A DNA stretch of 64,000 nucleotides from Candidatus Dormiibacterota bacterium (GCA_035995545.1 DASYKI010000001.1:902-64901); one strand, 5' to 3'; counted from the first letter of the stretch, positions 46,192 to 56,639 are shown. Program-made: numbers and translations. The notes: generated by a model from the letters alone, not told the origin.

Positions 46192-46285
46192 GCCACGCGG
46201 GCACGGCGACGCCGGCAAGCCGGCGGGGCCGCGCTCCCTCGTGGCCGGCGCGGCGATCGCCCCCATCGGGTAGAACGGATGGAGC

Positions 46286-47362
46286 ATGGGTTCGAAGCGC
46301 GCCGACGCGCGGGGCAGCCGGCGATCGGCGCGGAGCACTTCCGGCAGGGAGGGCCGGGTCCCTCGCATCCGCGGCTTCCTGCGTGCCCACTGGATGATCG
46401 TGGTGGCGGCACTGTCGATGGTGGGCCTGGTGCTGGCGGTCAACCCCGTCAAGCTGTGGGGCGTCCTCGAAGGCGTGCGCCCGCTGCCCCTGCTGCTCAT
46501 GCTGCCCTGCACCATCGCCATCTACGTGGTGCGCGCGCTCGGCTGGCACATCGCCCTGCGCCACATCGGCGTGCCCATCAGCCTGCACCGCTCCACCACG
46601 GTGATGCTGGCCGGACAGGCGGTGGTCTTCATCCCAGCGGGCGACCTCGCCCGGGTGAAGATGGTGCGCGAGACGGGTGCAGACGGGCATGACGCCGGCG
46701 AGCTCACCGGCACCATCGCCTTCCAGGAACTGCTCTACATGACGCTGATGGGGTTCGCGGTCATCCCCGCCATCGCGCAGCATCCCGACATCGGCGCCAT
46801 CGTCGCCGCGGTGACCCTGGCCCAGGTGGCGATCTTCGTCATCCTGCTCTGGGAACCGGGCTACAACTGGGCGGTGCGCACCGTCGAGCGGATCCGGCTG
46901 CTGCGCCGCTTCGACCGCGAGCTGCGCGACATCCGGCCCGCCTTCGTGCGCATGTTCCAGCCGCGCACGGCGATTCCCATCGTGCTGGTCAACGCGCTCG
47001 CGGTGCTGCTCGCCTTCGCGCTCTTCGAATTGGCGCTGCACGCAGTTGGTGTCAACAATGTCACGTACGCGCAGGCGGCGTACATCTATGCGCTGGGACA
47101 CATCCTGGCGGCCGTCTCGATGCTGCCCGGCGGCGTCGGCATCTACGAGGGCGTGCTGACCGCGTTCATGGTGCTGCAGGGGGTGCCTCCATCGCAGGGT
47201 GCGGCGGCTGCGCTGCTCTACCGCGGCTTCAACGACATCTTCATGGCGGTGGTCGGGCTGGGCGCCGGGTGGTGGCTGCGGCGGCGCTGGCCGGATCGGC
47301 GCAGCGGGGAACGCGAGGCCAGCCGGACTGAGCCGCCTCAGCGCGCCGCGCCAGCGCGATGA
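46286..47362 (+). CDS. lysylphosphatidylglycerol-synthase-TM-region / flippase-like (UPF0104) membrane protein
   Basis: A polytopic protein with the conserved motifs of this family (LRALGWHIALRHIG..., GGVGIYEGVLTAFMVL). The exact start is uncertain. Confidence 0.65.
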   Translation: MGSKRADARGSRRSARSTSGREGRVPRIRGFLRAHWMIVVAALSMVGLVLAVNPVKLWGVLEGVRPLPLLLMLPCTIAIYVVRALGWHIALRHIGVPISLHRSTTVMLAGQAVVFIPAGDLARVKMVRETGADGHDAGELTGTIAFQELLYMTLMGFAVIPAIAQHPDIGAIVAAVTLAQVAIFVILLWEPGYNWAVRTVERIRLLRRFDRELRDIRPAFVRMFQPRTAIPIVLVNALAVLLAFALFELALHAVGVNNVTYAQAAYIYALGHILAAVSMLPGGVGIYEGVLTAFMVLQGVPPSQGAAAALLYRGFNDIFMAVVGLGAGWWLRRRWPDRRSGEREASRTEPPQRAAPAR

Positions 47363-47414
47363 CGCCGGGCGCCGCGGTGCGCCACGTCGCTTGCTAGTCT
47401 GGCCGGCGCCCGCC

Positions 47415-48209
47415 ATGAGCCTCAGCGACTGGGACGGAACCACCTACCACCGCGTCAGCGAGCCGCAGCTCGCCTGGGGTCGCCGCGTGCTCGCCCGCCT
47501 CGACCTGCGCGGCGACGAGACCGTGCTCGACGCCGGCTGCGGCTCGGGCCGCCTCACCGCCGAGCTCGCCGAGCGCCTGCCGCGGGGACGGGTGATCGCC
47601 CTCGACCAGTCGCCCAGCATGCTGGCGGTGGCGCGTGGCGAGCTGGAGCCGCGCCTGGGCGAGCGGATCTCCTTCGTCTGCGCCGACCTGCTCGACCTCG
47701 ACCTCGACGCTGCCGTCGACGTCGTCTTCAGCACGGCGACCTTCCACTGGGTGCTCGACCACCCGCGCCTCTTCGCCGGCCTGCACCGCGCCCTGCGGCC
47801 GGGCGGGCGGCTGCTCGTCCAGTGCGGCGGCGGCCCCAACCTGGAGCGCATCCACGGCCGCGCCCTGCGGCTGCTCGGCGCCCCTGAGTTCGCCGGGCAC
47901 TCGCTCGACTGGTCGACGCCCTGGGAGTTCGCCGGCGCCGGCACCACACGGCAGCGGCTGGAGACGGCCGGCTTCGTCGATATCGACACCTCTGTAGAAC
48001 CCGCACCCACCGTCCTCGGAGACCGCGACGCCTATCGCGAGTTCCTGGCCACCGTGATCATGCGGCCGTTCCTCGCCCGGCTCCCCGACGGCGGGCTGCG
48101 CGACCGCCTGCTCGACGCCATGTGCGACGCCGGCGCCGCCGACGACCCGGCCTGGTCACTCGACTACTGGCGGCTCAACATGGCGGCGCGGCGGCCGATT
48201 TCGGGCTGA
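47415..48209 (+). CDS. class I SAM-dependent methyltransferase (trans-aconitate methyltransferase-like)
   Basis: VLDAGCGSGRLTAELAE (motif I), VIALDQSPSML and VFSTATFHWV. Confidence 0.8.
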   Translation: MSLSDWDGTTYHRVSEPQLAWGRRVLARLDLRGDETVLDAGCGSGRLTAELAERLPRGRVIALDQSPSMLAVARGELEPRLGERISFVCADLLDLDLDAAVDVVFSTATFHWVLDHPRLFAGLHRALRPGGRLLVQCGGGPNLERIHGRALRLLGAPEFAGHSLDWSTPWEFAGAGTTRQRLETAGFVDIDTSVEPAPTVLGDRDAYREFLATVIMRPFLARLPDGGLRDRLLDAMCDAGAADDPAWSLDYWRLNMAARRPISG

Positions 48210-48387
48210 AGCGAAGCCCGGTCGACAGTCCGCATTCGGGAATTACCCAACGGCTGTCCACAGGACTTGTGCGGAGCTTGGCGAGATTTCCCCAGATCAG
48301 GGCGCTGAACCGTTACCGACCATCGGCGTTGACAGGTTCCCTGAGCGCCGTAGGGGCCCGGTCAATCCAGGCCCGTGAACGCGGGGC

Positions 48388-49059
48388 TCAGCTCTCCCCG
48401 GCGGCCTCGCCCTCGGCGGCCGCTGCGGCGCCCTCGGCCGGCGTCTCCGCCTCGCCCTCGGCTGCGGCCTCGGCCTCCTCGCGGATGCGGACGGCGGCGA
48501 TCTTGACCACCACCTCGGCGTCCTCGGCGTGGACCAGCACCACCCCCTTGGGCAGGACGATCTCGCCCAGCGACAGCGACATGTCGACCTCGGTCAGGCC
48601 GCTGATGTCGACGGTGAGCTGAGCGGGCAGGTCCGCCGGCAGCGCCTCGACGCGCACGGTGGAGATGACCTGCTGGATCTGGCCGAGCTTGAGCGTCACC
48701 GCCGGCGACTCGCCGACGACGATGACGGGAACCTCGGAGGTGATCTTCTCGCGCAGGTTGACGGCGAACAGGTCGACGTGGATCGCCTTGCCGCTCTTGG
48801 GATTGATCTGCAGGTCCTTGATCAGGGCCTTGGGCGAGACCTTCTGGCCCTCGATGGAGATGTCGACGAGGTGGGTGCGCCCGGCCTTCTGCCAGGTCCG
48901 CTCCAGCTCCTTGGCGTCGACGGCGAGCGCCACCGGGGCCACCTTGTGGCCGTAGAGCACAGCCGGGACGGCGCCGGCGCGCCGCAGGGCGTGCACGTGG
49001 CGACCGGTCTCGGTGCGGGGGCGCGCGGTGAGCTTGATGCTGTCCATGGTGCGCGCCAT
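48388..49059 (-). CDS. rplY: 50S ribosomal protein L25 / general stress protein Ctc
   Basis: MARTMDSIKLTARPRTETGRHVHALRRAGAVPAVLYGHKVAPVALAVDAKEL... has the classic L25/Ctc N- and C-domains, with an acidic Ala/Glu tail. Confidence 0.9.
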   Translation of the reverse strand: MARTMDSIKLTARPRTETGRHVHALRRAGAVPAVLYGHKVAPVALAVDAKELERTWQKAGRTHLVDISIEGQKVSPKALIKDLQINPKSGKAIHVDLFAVNLREKITSEVPVIVVGESPAVTLKLGQIQQVISTVRVEALPADLPAQLTVDISGLTEVDMSLSLGEIVLPKGVVLVHAEDAEVVVKIAAVRIREEAEAAAEGEAETPAEGAAAAAEGEAAGES

Positions 49060-49097
49060 CCTACCCCCTGGTCGTCGATTGACGCTGGGATCGGCAG

Positions 49098-50006
49098 GTG
49101 CCACGCTCGGGCGCAGTGGGTTTCGGGTGCAGCGACGCGGTGGCCGTGCCGGGGAGCTCGCCCCCTCTGTGCGCCGGGCGTCAGGCCGGGCCGGTCGAGG
49201 GGGACACGCTCCTGTCGGTGAGCGTCCACCTGCGGGCGCGGCCGGACAGTCCCGGGCTGGGGTGGGTGAACCGGCAGGCATTGCGGGCGCCTGCGGAGCG
49301 GGTGGTGTTGACTCGTGCGCAGTTCGCGGAGCGGCATGGGGCGCTGGGGTCGGACGTCGACGAGGTGCGGGCCTGGCTGGAGGGGTGCGGGCTGCGTGTC
49401 GACGCGGTGCATCCGGGGCGGCGGCGGATCGTGGCGTCGGGGACGGCCTTGCTGATGCAGCGTGCTTTTGCGGTGGGGCTCTGTGTCCACCGCGGTGGGG
49501 GCGGCGAGGTGCATCTCGGGCGCAAGGGGGCGCTGGTTGTGCCGTCGGGGATTGCGCCCTTGCTGCGGGCGGTGCTGGGATTGGACGGGTGTCTGCGGGT
49601 GCGGTGGGACGATGGCCGCGCGTCGGCCGATTCCCTGGTGTGTGCGGTGGCGGCGCCGGGCGCGGCGAGCGAACGTGCGCTGGTGGATGCGGTGATCGAC
49701 ACCGTGCACGACCCGTCGCGGCGCGCTCTGTTGGTGGTGCTGGGGTTTGGGGCACCGGAGGCGGAGTGGTCGGTGCAGGGGATGCGGGTTGTCGAGCAGA
49801 CGCTGTTCGGGGCGGGGGCGATGGGGGTCAGCGTGGTGGCGGCTTGCCGGGAGGGTGAGCGGTGGTATCCTGCGTCGGCGCGGCATGCCATTGCGAGCGC
49901 GGCGGTGTGGGACGCCGCGGATGAGCTTGCTGCCGAGATACGGCGAACCGGGTATCCGCTGGGCGGAACGATCAGTGCCTTGGGAAGCGATTCTTCAGGG
50001 CTGTGA
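49098..50006 (+). CDS. hypothetical protein with sedolisin (S53) pro-domain-like region; no catalytic domain recognised
   Basis: LSVSVHLRARPDSPGLGWVNRQALRAPAERVVLTRAQFAERHGALGSDVDEVRAWLEGCGLRVDAVHPGRRRIVASGTALLMQRAF resembles the pro-kumamolisin activation domain. No SGTSxAxP motif follows. Confidence 0.35.
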   Translation: MPRSGAVGFGCSDAVAVPGSSPPLCAGRQAGPVEGDTLLSVSVHLRARPDSPGLGWVNRQALRAPAERVVLTRAQFAERHGALGSDVDEVRAWLEGCGLRVDAVHPGRRRIVASGTALLMQRAFAVGLCVHRGGGGEVHLGRKGALVVPSGIAPLLRAVLGLDGCLRVRWDDGRASADSLVCAVAAPGAASERALVDAVIDTVHDPSRRALLVVLGFGAPEAEWSVQGMRVVEQTLFGAGAMGVSVVAACREGERWYPASARHAIASAAVWDAADELAAEIRRTGYPLGGTISALGSDSSGL

Positions 50007-51566
50007 TTCCCGGGGACGCGGCCATCGGACGATCGCCGCGTCTCCCCAGCGAGCGACCACCTCGGTGCGGGCGCGGTGCACCCAGAGGATCACGGAGTTG
50101 CGCGGACGCACACGGTTGCTCATGAAGGCGTGCAGTGAGTTGGGGGTGCATTCGAAGAGCAGCATCGAGTTGTCGATCGGCGGAACGGCGACCGGGGCGT
50201 CAGAGGCTGTGCGGTGGAGGGCGACCTCGCCGCCGTCGCCGGGATGCCAGGGCCCGTTGCAGACGAAGAAGATCATCGCCACGCCACGAACCGTCTCGAT
50301 TGGCACAACGCCCGGCTGGGCGGCGATGCCGGTGAAGTAGTCGCACGCGGCGGAGGCGAGGAGCACCTCGTGGTCGGCCGCCGCGCGGGCGAAGAATCCC
50401 GGGTTGAGGTCGTTGTGCGGGCTGCCGGAGTGGCTGGCGGCGCCGTGGTGGTGGAGGCCGGCGAAGACGTGCCCGGTGCCGCGGACGCCGCAGACCGCGG
50501 CGACCAGGTCGTGCCACTCGCGCGAGCAGAAGAGCGACAGCGGCGCGCTCGTAGCGGCGTCGAAGGTGTGACTGAAGACGTCGTACCCGTTGCTGTTGCG
50601 GTCGAAGGCGCCGGGTCTAGTCAGCAGCTCGGCGTACGCAGCCTCGATGCGTGCGTAGACATCGGCCCGGAAGACGTCGTGCGCGACGACGTGCGGGAAG
50701 GGCTGCTCGCGGCGCACCCAGAGTCCGCCGGGCGTCAGCGCCTGCGCCAGTGGTGCGGCCGGTGCGGACGGGACTGCCGCGGCGCGCTGCCATCGCAGAT
50801 GGTCGTGCACCCAGCGCTCGCTCATGGTGTCGGCCTGGCGCCGCAGCTTGGGCGGGGAGACGCCTGCGTCGTCCTGTCCCTGCGCGATGCCGAGCTGGTC
50901 GAGGACGTGGCGCACGGTGGGCGCGTACTCGGCAACGAGATCCTCGTACACCACCTCGACAGGTGCGACGCCGCCAGCCGCGAAGAAGCCCCGCCAGCCG
51001 CGCTCGCCCTCGGCGAGAAGCTCCTGCAGCACCTCGATCTTCTCGAAGTCGGGATCCCATTGCTCGGCGGCATTCGCGGTGGAGTCGCCGTCCACCTGCC
51101 ACCACGCGTCACTGTCGAGGGCGCGCGCCCACGACACCGCCTGGCGCACCGTGTCGCGGCGGACGATGTGCACGAAGCGAGGCGCGGGCAGCATGGTGCG
51201 CAGCACGCCGGCGTCGCTGCCGCCGCGTCCGGACGCGCGACCGCGCGCGACGTAGCGCATGCAGTCGTGCCAGTGCACCTTCAGCGCGAACACGCCGTTG
51301 GCGGTGGTGCCCGCCCGCAGCATCCCGCGCGTGAAGTCGTCGACGTCGCCAGGCGCGACGCCCCAGTCCCGTGTGTAGCGCTGTTCCAGCTCCGGGCGCA
51401 GGTACTCGCGCGCGTGTCCCGCGACGCCGGTGCGGTCGAGCGCTTCGGCGAGCAACCAGCTGCCGGAGCGCGGCAGGCTGCAGATCACGATCGACGACGT
51501 CGCCTGGGCCGGAGCCGCAGCAGCAGCGGCGGCGGCGGCGAGCGGGTCGGTCGCCGATGCGGTCAC
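49995..51566 (-). CDS. Stf0-type sulfotransferase fused to a 2OG-Fe(II)-oxygenase-like domain
   Basis: The N-terminal roughly 270 aa reads ...SSIVICSLPRSGSWLLAEALDRTGVAGHAREYLRPE...VHIVRRDTVRQAVSWARA...RRQADTMSERW, which is a Stf0 sulfotransferase. It continues without a stop into about 250 aa carrying HNDLNPG...ALHRT double-stranded beta-helix motifs. A GTG start at 51566 overlaps the SDR stop by 4 nt. Confidence 0.65.
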   Translation of the reverse strand: MTASATDPLAAAAAAAAAPAQATSSIVICSLPRSGSWLLAEALDRTGVAGHAREYLRPELEQRYTRDWGVAPGDVDDFTRGMLRAGTTANGVFALKVHWHDCMRYVARGRASGRGGSDAGVLRTMLPAPRFVHIVRRDTVRQAVSWARALDSDAWWQVDGDSTANAAEQWDPDFEKIEVLQELLAEGERGWRGFFAAGGVAPVEVVYEDLVAEYAPTVRHVLDQLGIAQGQDDAGVSPPKLRRQADTMSERWVHDHLRWQRAAAVPSAPAAPLAQALTPGGLWVRREQPFPHVVAHDVFRADVYARIEAAYAELLTRPGAFDRNSNGYDVFSHTFDAATSAPLSLFCSREWHDLVAAVCGVRGTGHVFAGLHHHGAASHSGSPHNDLNPGFFARAAADHEVLLASAACDYFTGIAAQPGVVPIETVRGVAMIFFVCNGPWHPGDGGEVALHRTASDAPVAVPPIDNSMLLFECTPNSLHAFMSNRVRPRNSVILWVHRARTEVVARWGDAAIVRWPRPRESQP

Positions 51567-52315
51567 AGCACCCGCTCCCCGTCGACGTCGAGCACCACGA
51601 CCTGCCCGGTGGCGCCACCGCGGTCGAACTGCACGATGCGCGAGACGACGCGCTCGGTGGGGATCAGCCGGGGAAAGCCCGTCGGTGCCAGCGCGTTGAC
51701 GCGCACCCCCACGGGCGCATAGTCGAGGGCCATGTGTCGCGTCAGCGCGTTGAGCGCCGCCTTCGACGCCGCGTAGACGCCCTGACCGCCGGCGTACGTC
51801 TCCACGCCGGAGATGCTCGACAGGTTGACCACACTGCGGTTGCGGCGGCGGTTGCCGTCGGGCGAGTGCCGCCAGCACTGCCGAGCCACCTCGGCGGCCA
51901 GCCGCACAGGGGCAAGCGTGTTCACCGCCAGCTGGTGCAACGCGCCGTCGAGCACCTCCGAATTGGCCAGGGTGGACCCGAACTCGGCATGCGCCGCCGC
52001 GTTGACGACGAGGTCCACGGCGCCGAAGCGGGCCATGGCCAGCTCGACGACGCGCTCCACGCCGCCCGGCGCCACCAGGTCGGCCTGCACCGCGAAGACC
52101 GGGTGCGCGTTCTCCGGCGGCGGCACCTCCGGATGCAGCGGATCGAGGAAGGACTGCAGCTGCGAGGCCACCGGCGGCGGACGCTCGCGGTACACGGCGA
52201 CGACGTCGTAGTCGGCGGCGTGGGCGATGCAGAAGGCGGAGCCCAGGCGGCCACCGGCGCCGGTCAGCAGGCAGACGCGGCGGGAGTTGCCGGCGTTCCC
52301 CCTCGCGTCGCTCAC
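51563..52315 (-). CDS. SDR-family oxidoreductase
   Basis: The Rossmann motif LLTGAGGRLGSAF and the catalytic YAASK. Confidence 0.85.
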   Translation of the reverse strand: MSDARGNAGNSRRVCLLTGAGGRLGSAFCIAHAADYDVVAVYRERPPPVASQLQSFLDPLHPEVPPPENAHPVFAVQADLVAPGGVERVVELAMARFGAVDLVVNAAAHAEFGSTLANSEVLDGALHQLAVNTLAPVRLAAEVARQCWRHSPDGNRRRNRSVVNLSSISGVETYAGGQGVYAASKAALNALTRHMALDYAPVGVRVNALAPTGFPRLIPTERVVSRIVQFDRGGATGQVVVLDVDGERVL

Positions 52316-52340
52316 ACCGGAACTCTAGTCCCGGCGCGGG

Positions 52341-52775
52341 TCAGGCCGTGGCCTTCTCCCCGAAGCGCTTGCGCACGAAGTCGACGGCCTCGTCGAGCGA
52401 CGTGCCCGGGGTGAACACCTTCTCCACGCCCATGTCGTTCAGGGTCCTTACGTCGTCCTCGGGGATGATGCCGCCGCCGAAGACGACGATGTCCTCGGCG
52501 CCCCGCTCGCGCAGCAGGCGGAGGATCTCCGGGAAGAGGGTCATGTGGGCGCCGCTGAGGATGCTGATGCCGACGCCGTCGACGTCCTCCTGGATGGCGG
52601 TCTCCACCACCATCTCGGGCGTCTGGTGCAGCCCGGTGTAGATCACCTCGACGCCGGCGTCGCGCAGGGCGCGGGAGATGACCTTGATGCCGCGGTCGTG
52701 CCCGTCGAGGCCCACCTTGGCGGTGAGGATGCGGATCTTGCGGCCCGACCCCCCGGACGATTCAGCTGCGCTCAT
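52341..52775 (-). CDS. cobalamin (B12)-binding domain protein (methylmalonyl-CoA-mutase small-subunit-like)
   Basis: [18 protein letters not shown] is the DxHxxG B12-binding motif, with a Rossmann-like body. Confidence 0.9.
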   Translation of the reverse strand: MSAAESSGGSGRKIRILTAKVGLDGHDRGIKVISRALRDAGVEVIYTGLHQTPEMVVETAIQEDVDGVGISILSGAHMTLFPEILRLLRERGAEDIVVFGGGIIPEDDVRTLNDMGVEKVFTPGTSLDEAVDFVRKRFGEKATA

Positions 52776-53556
52776 GGCCCGGCGATTCTATCGTCGTGGG
52801 CCGGGCGGACCGCGGGTGGTCCTGCGCCTGGGGCAGCCTGGAGCGCGCCAGGGCGGCGAGCTGCTCGGCGATGACGTGGACGCGCTCGGGGGTGCCGGCG
52901 AGCCACGAGGTGTCGCCCTGCCCGCCGCTGCGCGCCCCCGCAAGGGAGCCGGCCAGGGCGGTGGCGACGCTGAGCTCCTCGCCGTAGGCGGCCAGCTCCT
53001 CGAGCACGTCGGGAACGGTCTCGGCGCGGTGCAGCGCGGTGATGGCGATCTGCAGGGCGGCGCCGGGGTCGCTGTCGCCGCGCAGGGGCTCGCTGTCGTC
53101 GAGGGGCTGGAGGCGGTGGAGCAGGGCCAGCGGGGCCTCTTCGAGCAGGGTCTGATGGAGGCGGGCGAGGCACCAGCCGAGGTCGAAGCGGAGCAGGTCG
53201 GCGGCCAGCACGGCGGCGGCGACGGCGGTCATCGCGGTGCCCTCGTCGGCGCCGGCGAGGCGGGCGCTGCGGTGGGCGCTCCGCCGCAGCAGGGGGCGGT
53301 CGGCGGGGCTGGCCAGGCCGTAGGCGACGGCGCGCAGGGTCAGGCCGGCGAGGCCGGGTGCGGGAAGCTGGTCGAGCCCGCGGGCCGTCAGGTCGTCGGG
53401 GTCGTAGGCGCCGGCGTGGGCGAGGGATTCGGCCGCGCTGAGCAGCTGGGCGGTGCCCGCGGTCGTGCCGGAGCGGCGCTCGCCCGCCACGGCACCGGCC
53501 AGGGCGGCGAGGATGCGGCCCTCGAGGTCGTCGACGACGTATTCCACGTCGGGCAA
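52762..53556 (-). CDS. hypothetical protein
   Basis: A coherent 264 aa ORF overlapping the downstream B12-binding gene by 14 nt; no recognisable family. Confidence 0.4.
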   Translation of the reverse strand: MPDVEYVVDDLEGRILAALAGAVAGERRSGTTAGTAQLLSAAESLAHAGAYDPDDLTARGLDQLPAPGLAGLTLRAVAYGLASPADRPLLRRSAHRSARLAGADEGTAMTAVAAAVLAADLLRFDLGWCLARLHQTLLEEAPLALLHRLQPLDDSEPLRGDSDPGAALQIAITALHRAETVPDVLEELAAYGEELSVATALAGSLAGARSGGQGDTSWLAGTPERVHVIAEQLAALARSRLPQAQDHPRSARPTTIESPGHERS

Positions 53557-54121
53557 CGCTATCCTTTCGAGCCGTGTCGGCGTCCACCTCGGCGAGCAGT
53601 GCGGTGATGCGGGCGCTCCGGCGCAGCGCGCCGGGGCTCACTCGCGCGGTGGTGGGCACGCTGCTCGATCCGCAGCGTCGGCGTGCGGTGGCGGCGGTGC
53701 TGGCGCGGATGGATGGTGTCGACGCACCCGCGGTGGTGGGGGCGTCGCGACATCCGATGGCGCCGGCGGCGGTGCGGGTGGAGCGGACGCGGTCTCGGCG
53801 CCGGCGCGGGGGGGAGGATGAGCAGGTCGCCGTGACGGTGTGGTTTGGGGAGGGGCCCTCGTTGCCGGGCGGGAGTCGGTTCGCCCGCGGGGCGACGCGC
53901 GTGGGAGCGGGGATGCTCAGCGCGGCGGCCGTCGCGGCCGGGACGGCGCTGGTGGCGCGGTTGTCGGAACGTCCGTCGACGCCGCGGGTCGTTGACGAGC
54001 CGGCGCGCCCGGCGGCCCTACGCTCCGGGACGCCCGCTCCCTGAGGGCTTGAGCGTCCGGACCGCCACGTTCTTTGCGCAGCCTGTGCGCGGGCGGAGTT
54101 TCGGGGGCGCCCCGCGCGGAT

Positions 54122-54967
54122 CTAGTCCTGGAGCCAGCCCATCAGAGTCAAACCGCGACGGCGCTTCTCCTCGCGCGGTTGGGCGCGGAGGTTGGTGCCG
54201 TCGGTGAGGAGGACGTCGCGGGAGCAGGGGGTCATGGCGTTGCGGAAGGCCTGGGTGACGCGGCGCTGGAAGCGCTCGGCGCCGGGGGAGGCGGCGGGGA
54301 TGGCCATGAGCAGGGAGCGGTCGGGCACGCCGATGAGGACGTCCCCGCCCGCCCGGTCCGCGAAGGCGCGCAGCACGGACGGCACCAGCAGCGCGCTGCC
54401 GGCGAACAACGGGTCCCCGGCGTACTGCCACCCGTCGTTGGGCACGCGGTCCCCACCGAGCACCCGCTCGGCGATGCCGGCGAAGCGCTCCGCCGTGTTG
54501 CGGTCAGCGATGGCAGCAACCGCGGCGTCGTCGTAGCCGCGCGTCTCCCAGTCGCCGCGGGGGATGCCGCGCATGATCGACCCGGGCAGCGTCTCGGCGA
54601 CGAAGGCGACGATGTCGCCGCTCACCTCGCGCCGCAGCAGCTCACCGGCGCGGCTCATCTCCTCCAGGTACTCCCGCGAGCGCACGCACCAGAGCACCCG
54701 CTGCGGCGAGAATCCAGTGCCGGGCGGCGCATCCAGGCGCCCCTCGGCGGCACGGACGAAGTCGGCGATCAGCGATGAGGTGCGCTGCGGCTCGCGCTGG
54801 GCGGCGTCGTAGAGCGGGGCCAGGGAAAGGGTGGTGTCGACCCCGCTGCCGGTGATGCGGATGGCGAACCGCGCCGCCTCGACGCTCACGGTGTGGCCGC
54901 GATAGCGCGCCTGCAACTGCAGGCGCAGCCGCTGGGCGAAGGCGGTGCGATCTTCGACGGCGCTCAT
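54122..54967 (-). CDS. hypothetical protein (DUF1444/YtpQ-like?)
   Basis: A 281 aa ORF with protein-like composition, ending 6 nt before the tetR gene start region. Confidence 0.45.
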   Translation of the reverse strand: MSAVEDRTAFAQRLRLQLQARYRGHTVSVEAARFAIRITGSGVDTTLSLAPLYDAAQREPQRTSSLIADFVRAAEGRLDAPPGTGFSPQRVLWCVRSREYLEEMSRAGELLRREVSGDIVAFVAETLPGSIMRGIPRGDWETRGYDDAAVAAIADRNTAERFAGIAERVLGGDRVPNDGWQYAGDPLFAGSALLVPSVLRAFADRAGGDVLIGVPDRSLLMAIPAASPGAERFQRRVTQAFRNAMTPCSRDVLLTDGTNLRAQPREEKRRRGLTLMGWLQD

Positions 54968-54973
54968 CGCGTC

Positions 54974-55542
54974 TCAGTGTGCCGGACCGGGCTCCGCGGG
55001 CGTCCCGGCGCCGAGGATGCGGCTGAGCGCGTACTCGAGCAGCCGGTGGCGGGCGGGTGCGTCGAGGTCCTGGAGCACGCATCCCTCGACGGTGGCGACG
55101 AAGGTGTCGACGGCCAGCGGCAGCTCGGCCTGGGAGATGCGATCGCTCAGTGCGTTGGCCAGCATGCCGTGCAGCCCGCGGTTCAGCTCGGCGTGGAAGT
55201 CGGCGGCCAGCGGCGAGGTGCGCGCCCGCTCGGCCAGCGCCGCGCGAAGCTGGTGGAGCGACTGCAGTTCGTCGACGAACCAGAGCACCTGGGTGGTGAG
55301 CCCGGTGGCCGCCGGCGGCTTGGCGGCGACCATCGCCTCGAGCATCCGCCGCAGCGCGGCCACGAAGAGGTGGTCCTTGGCGGGGAAGTACCAGTGGATG
55401 GCGTTCTGGGCGACGCCGAGGTCGCGCGCGATCCCGGCCACCGACAGTGCGGCATAGCCGCCGCTGCGCAGGCGCCGCTCGGCGGCGTCGAGGATCTGCT
55501 CGATCTTCTCGTCGCGGTTGAGGTCGTTGCGCTTCGGAGGCA
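54974..55542 (-). CDS. TetR/AcrR-family transcriptional regulator
   Basis: ILDAAERRLRSGGYAALSVAGIARDLGVAQNAIHWYFPAKDHL is a TetR_N HTH. It is divergent from the SDR gene. Confidence 0.85.
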
Positions 55543-55626
55543 TCGTCTTGACAGCATCCCAACACGGAGTGTAGCGTCTTGTGTGCCTCCCAAGAAGGCA
55601 CAACCGTTGCGACGAGGAAGGAACAG

Positions 55627-56532
55627 ATGGTCGCCATCGATCGTGCAGGCACCCTGGTCACCGGCGCATCCAGCGGCATCGGCCGCGCCACGGCGCTGCG
55701 CCTGGCCAGGCGGGGCGCCCGCCTGGCGGTGGCCGCGCGCCGCCGTGAGCTCCTCGAGTCGCTCGCCGACGAGATCGCCGCCGGGGGCCTCCCCCGCCCC
55801 ACGGTGCTCGTCGCCGACCTGGCCCAACGCGGCGCCGCGCATGCGCTCGCCCAGGCCGCCGTCGAGAGCCTCGGAGATGTAGACATCCTTGTCAACAACG
55901 CGGGCGGCGGAGTCGGCGGCGCCATGCATGCGGTCGGCGACGGCGACGCCGGGCGCGAGGCTTTCGAAGTCAACTACTGGTCGCCGATGGCACTGCTGCA
56001 GGATCTCGTCCCGCCGATGCGCCGTCGCGGACGCGGTGCGGTGGTCAACGTCACCTCGATGGCACAGGTCACCGCCTGGACGGGGTTCGGCGCTTACGCC
56101 GCCACCAAGGCCGCGTTCGCGCTGGCCACGCGCACCATGCAGACCGAGCTGCACGGTTCCGGGGTGCACGTCGTCGAGGTCATCCCCGGGCCGGTCGACA
56201 CCGCGGTGCAGGGCGAGACACGGCTGCTCCCCGGCATCGAGCGCATGCTGGCCACCTCGCCGCTCGGCACACCCGACGAGCTGGCCACGCTCATCGTCCG
56301 CGCCCTGGAGCGCGGCCGCAGCCGCGTCATCTACCCGCGCCGCAACGCCCTTGCGTTCATGCTGCCCGGCGTGGCGCGACGCTACGTGCACCGCCTGGCC
56401 ACGCGCAGCAACGCCGCCCTCGGCGAGTCGCGCCGCGAGGAGCTGCTCGGCATGGTGATTCGCTCGGGCTCGATGGGCGATCCGGCGGCGCGGGAAGCGC
56501 GTGAATCCTGGGAGCGCGCCCATACGCGCTAG
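55627..56532 (+). CDS. SDR-family oxidoreductase
   Basis: LVTGASSGIGRATALRLARRGARLAV, NNAG and YAATKAA. Confidence 0.9.
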   Translation: MVAIDRAGTLVTGASSGIGRATALRLARRGARLAVAARRRELLESLADEIAAGGLPRPTVLVADLAQRGAAHALAQAAVESLGDVDILVNNAGGGVGGAMHAVGDGDAGREAFEVNYWSPMALLQDLVPPMRRRGRGAVVNVTSMAQVTAWTGFGAYAATKAAFALATRTMQTELHGSGVHVVEVIPGPVDTAVQGETRLLPGIERMLATSPLGTPDELATLIVRALERGRSRVIYPRRNALAFMLPGVARRYVHRLATRSNAALGESRREELLGMVIRSGSMGDPAAREARESWERAHTR

Positions 56533-56639
56533 GTGATCCGGACAGCCGCGCCCGTCGGCGTGCGTGTCGGGGCGATGGCAGGGGCAGCGGCCGCGCACAC
56601 CGTGACGGCCATTCCGGGACGCTGGCGCACAATGCGTGC

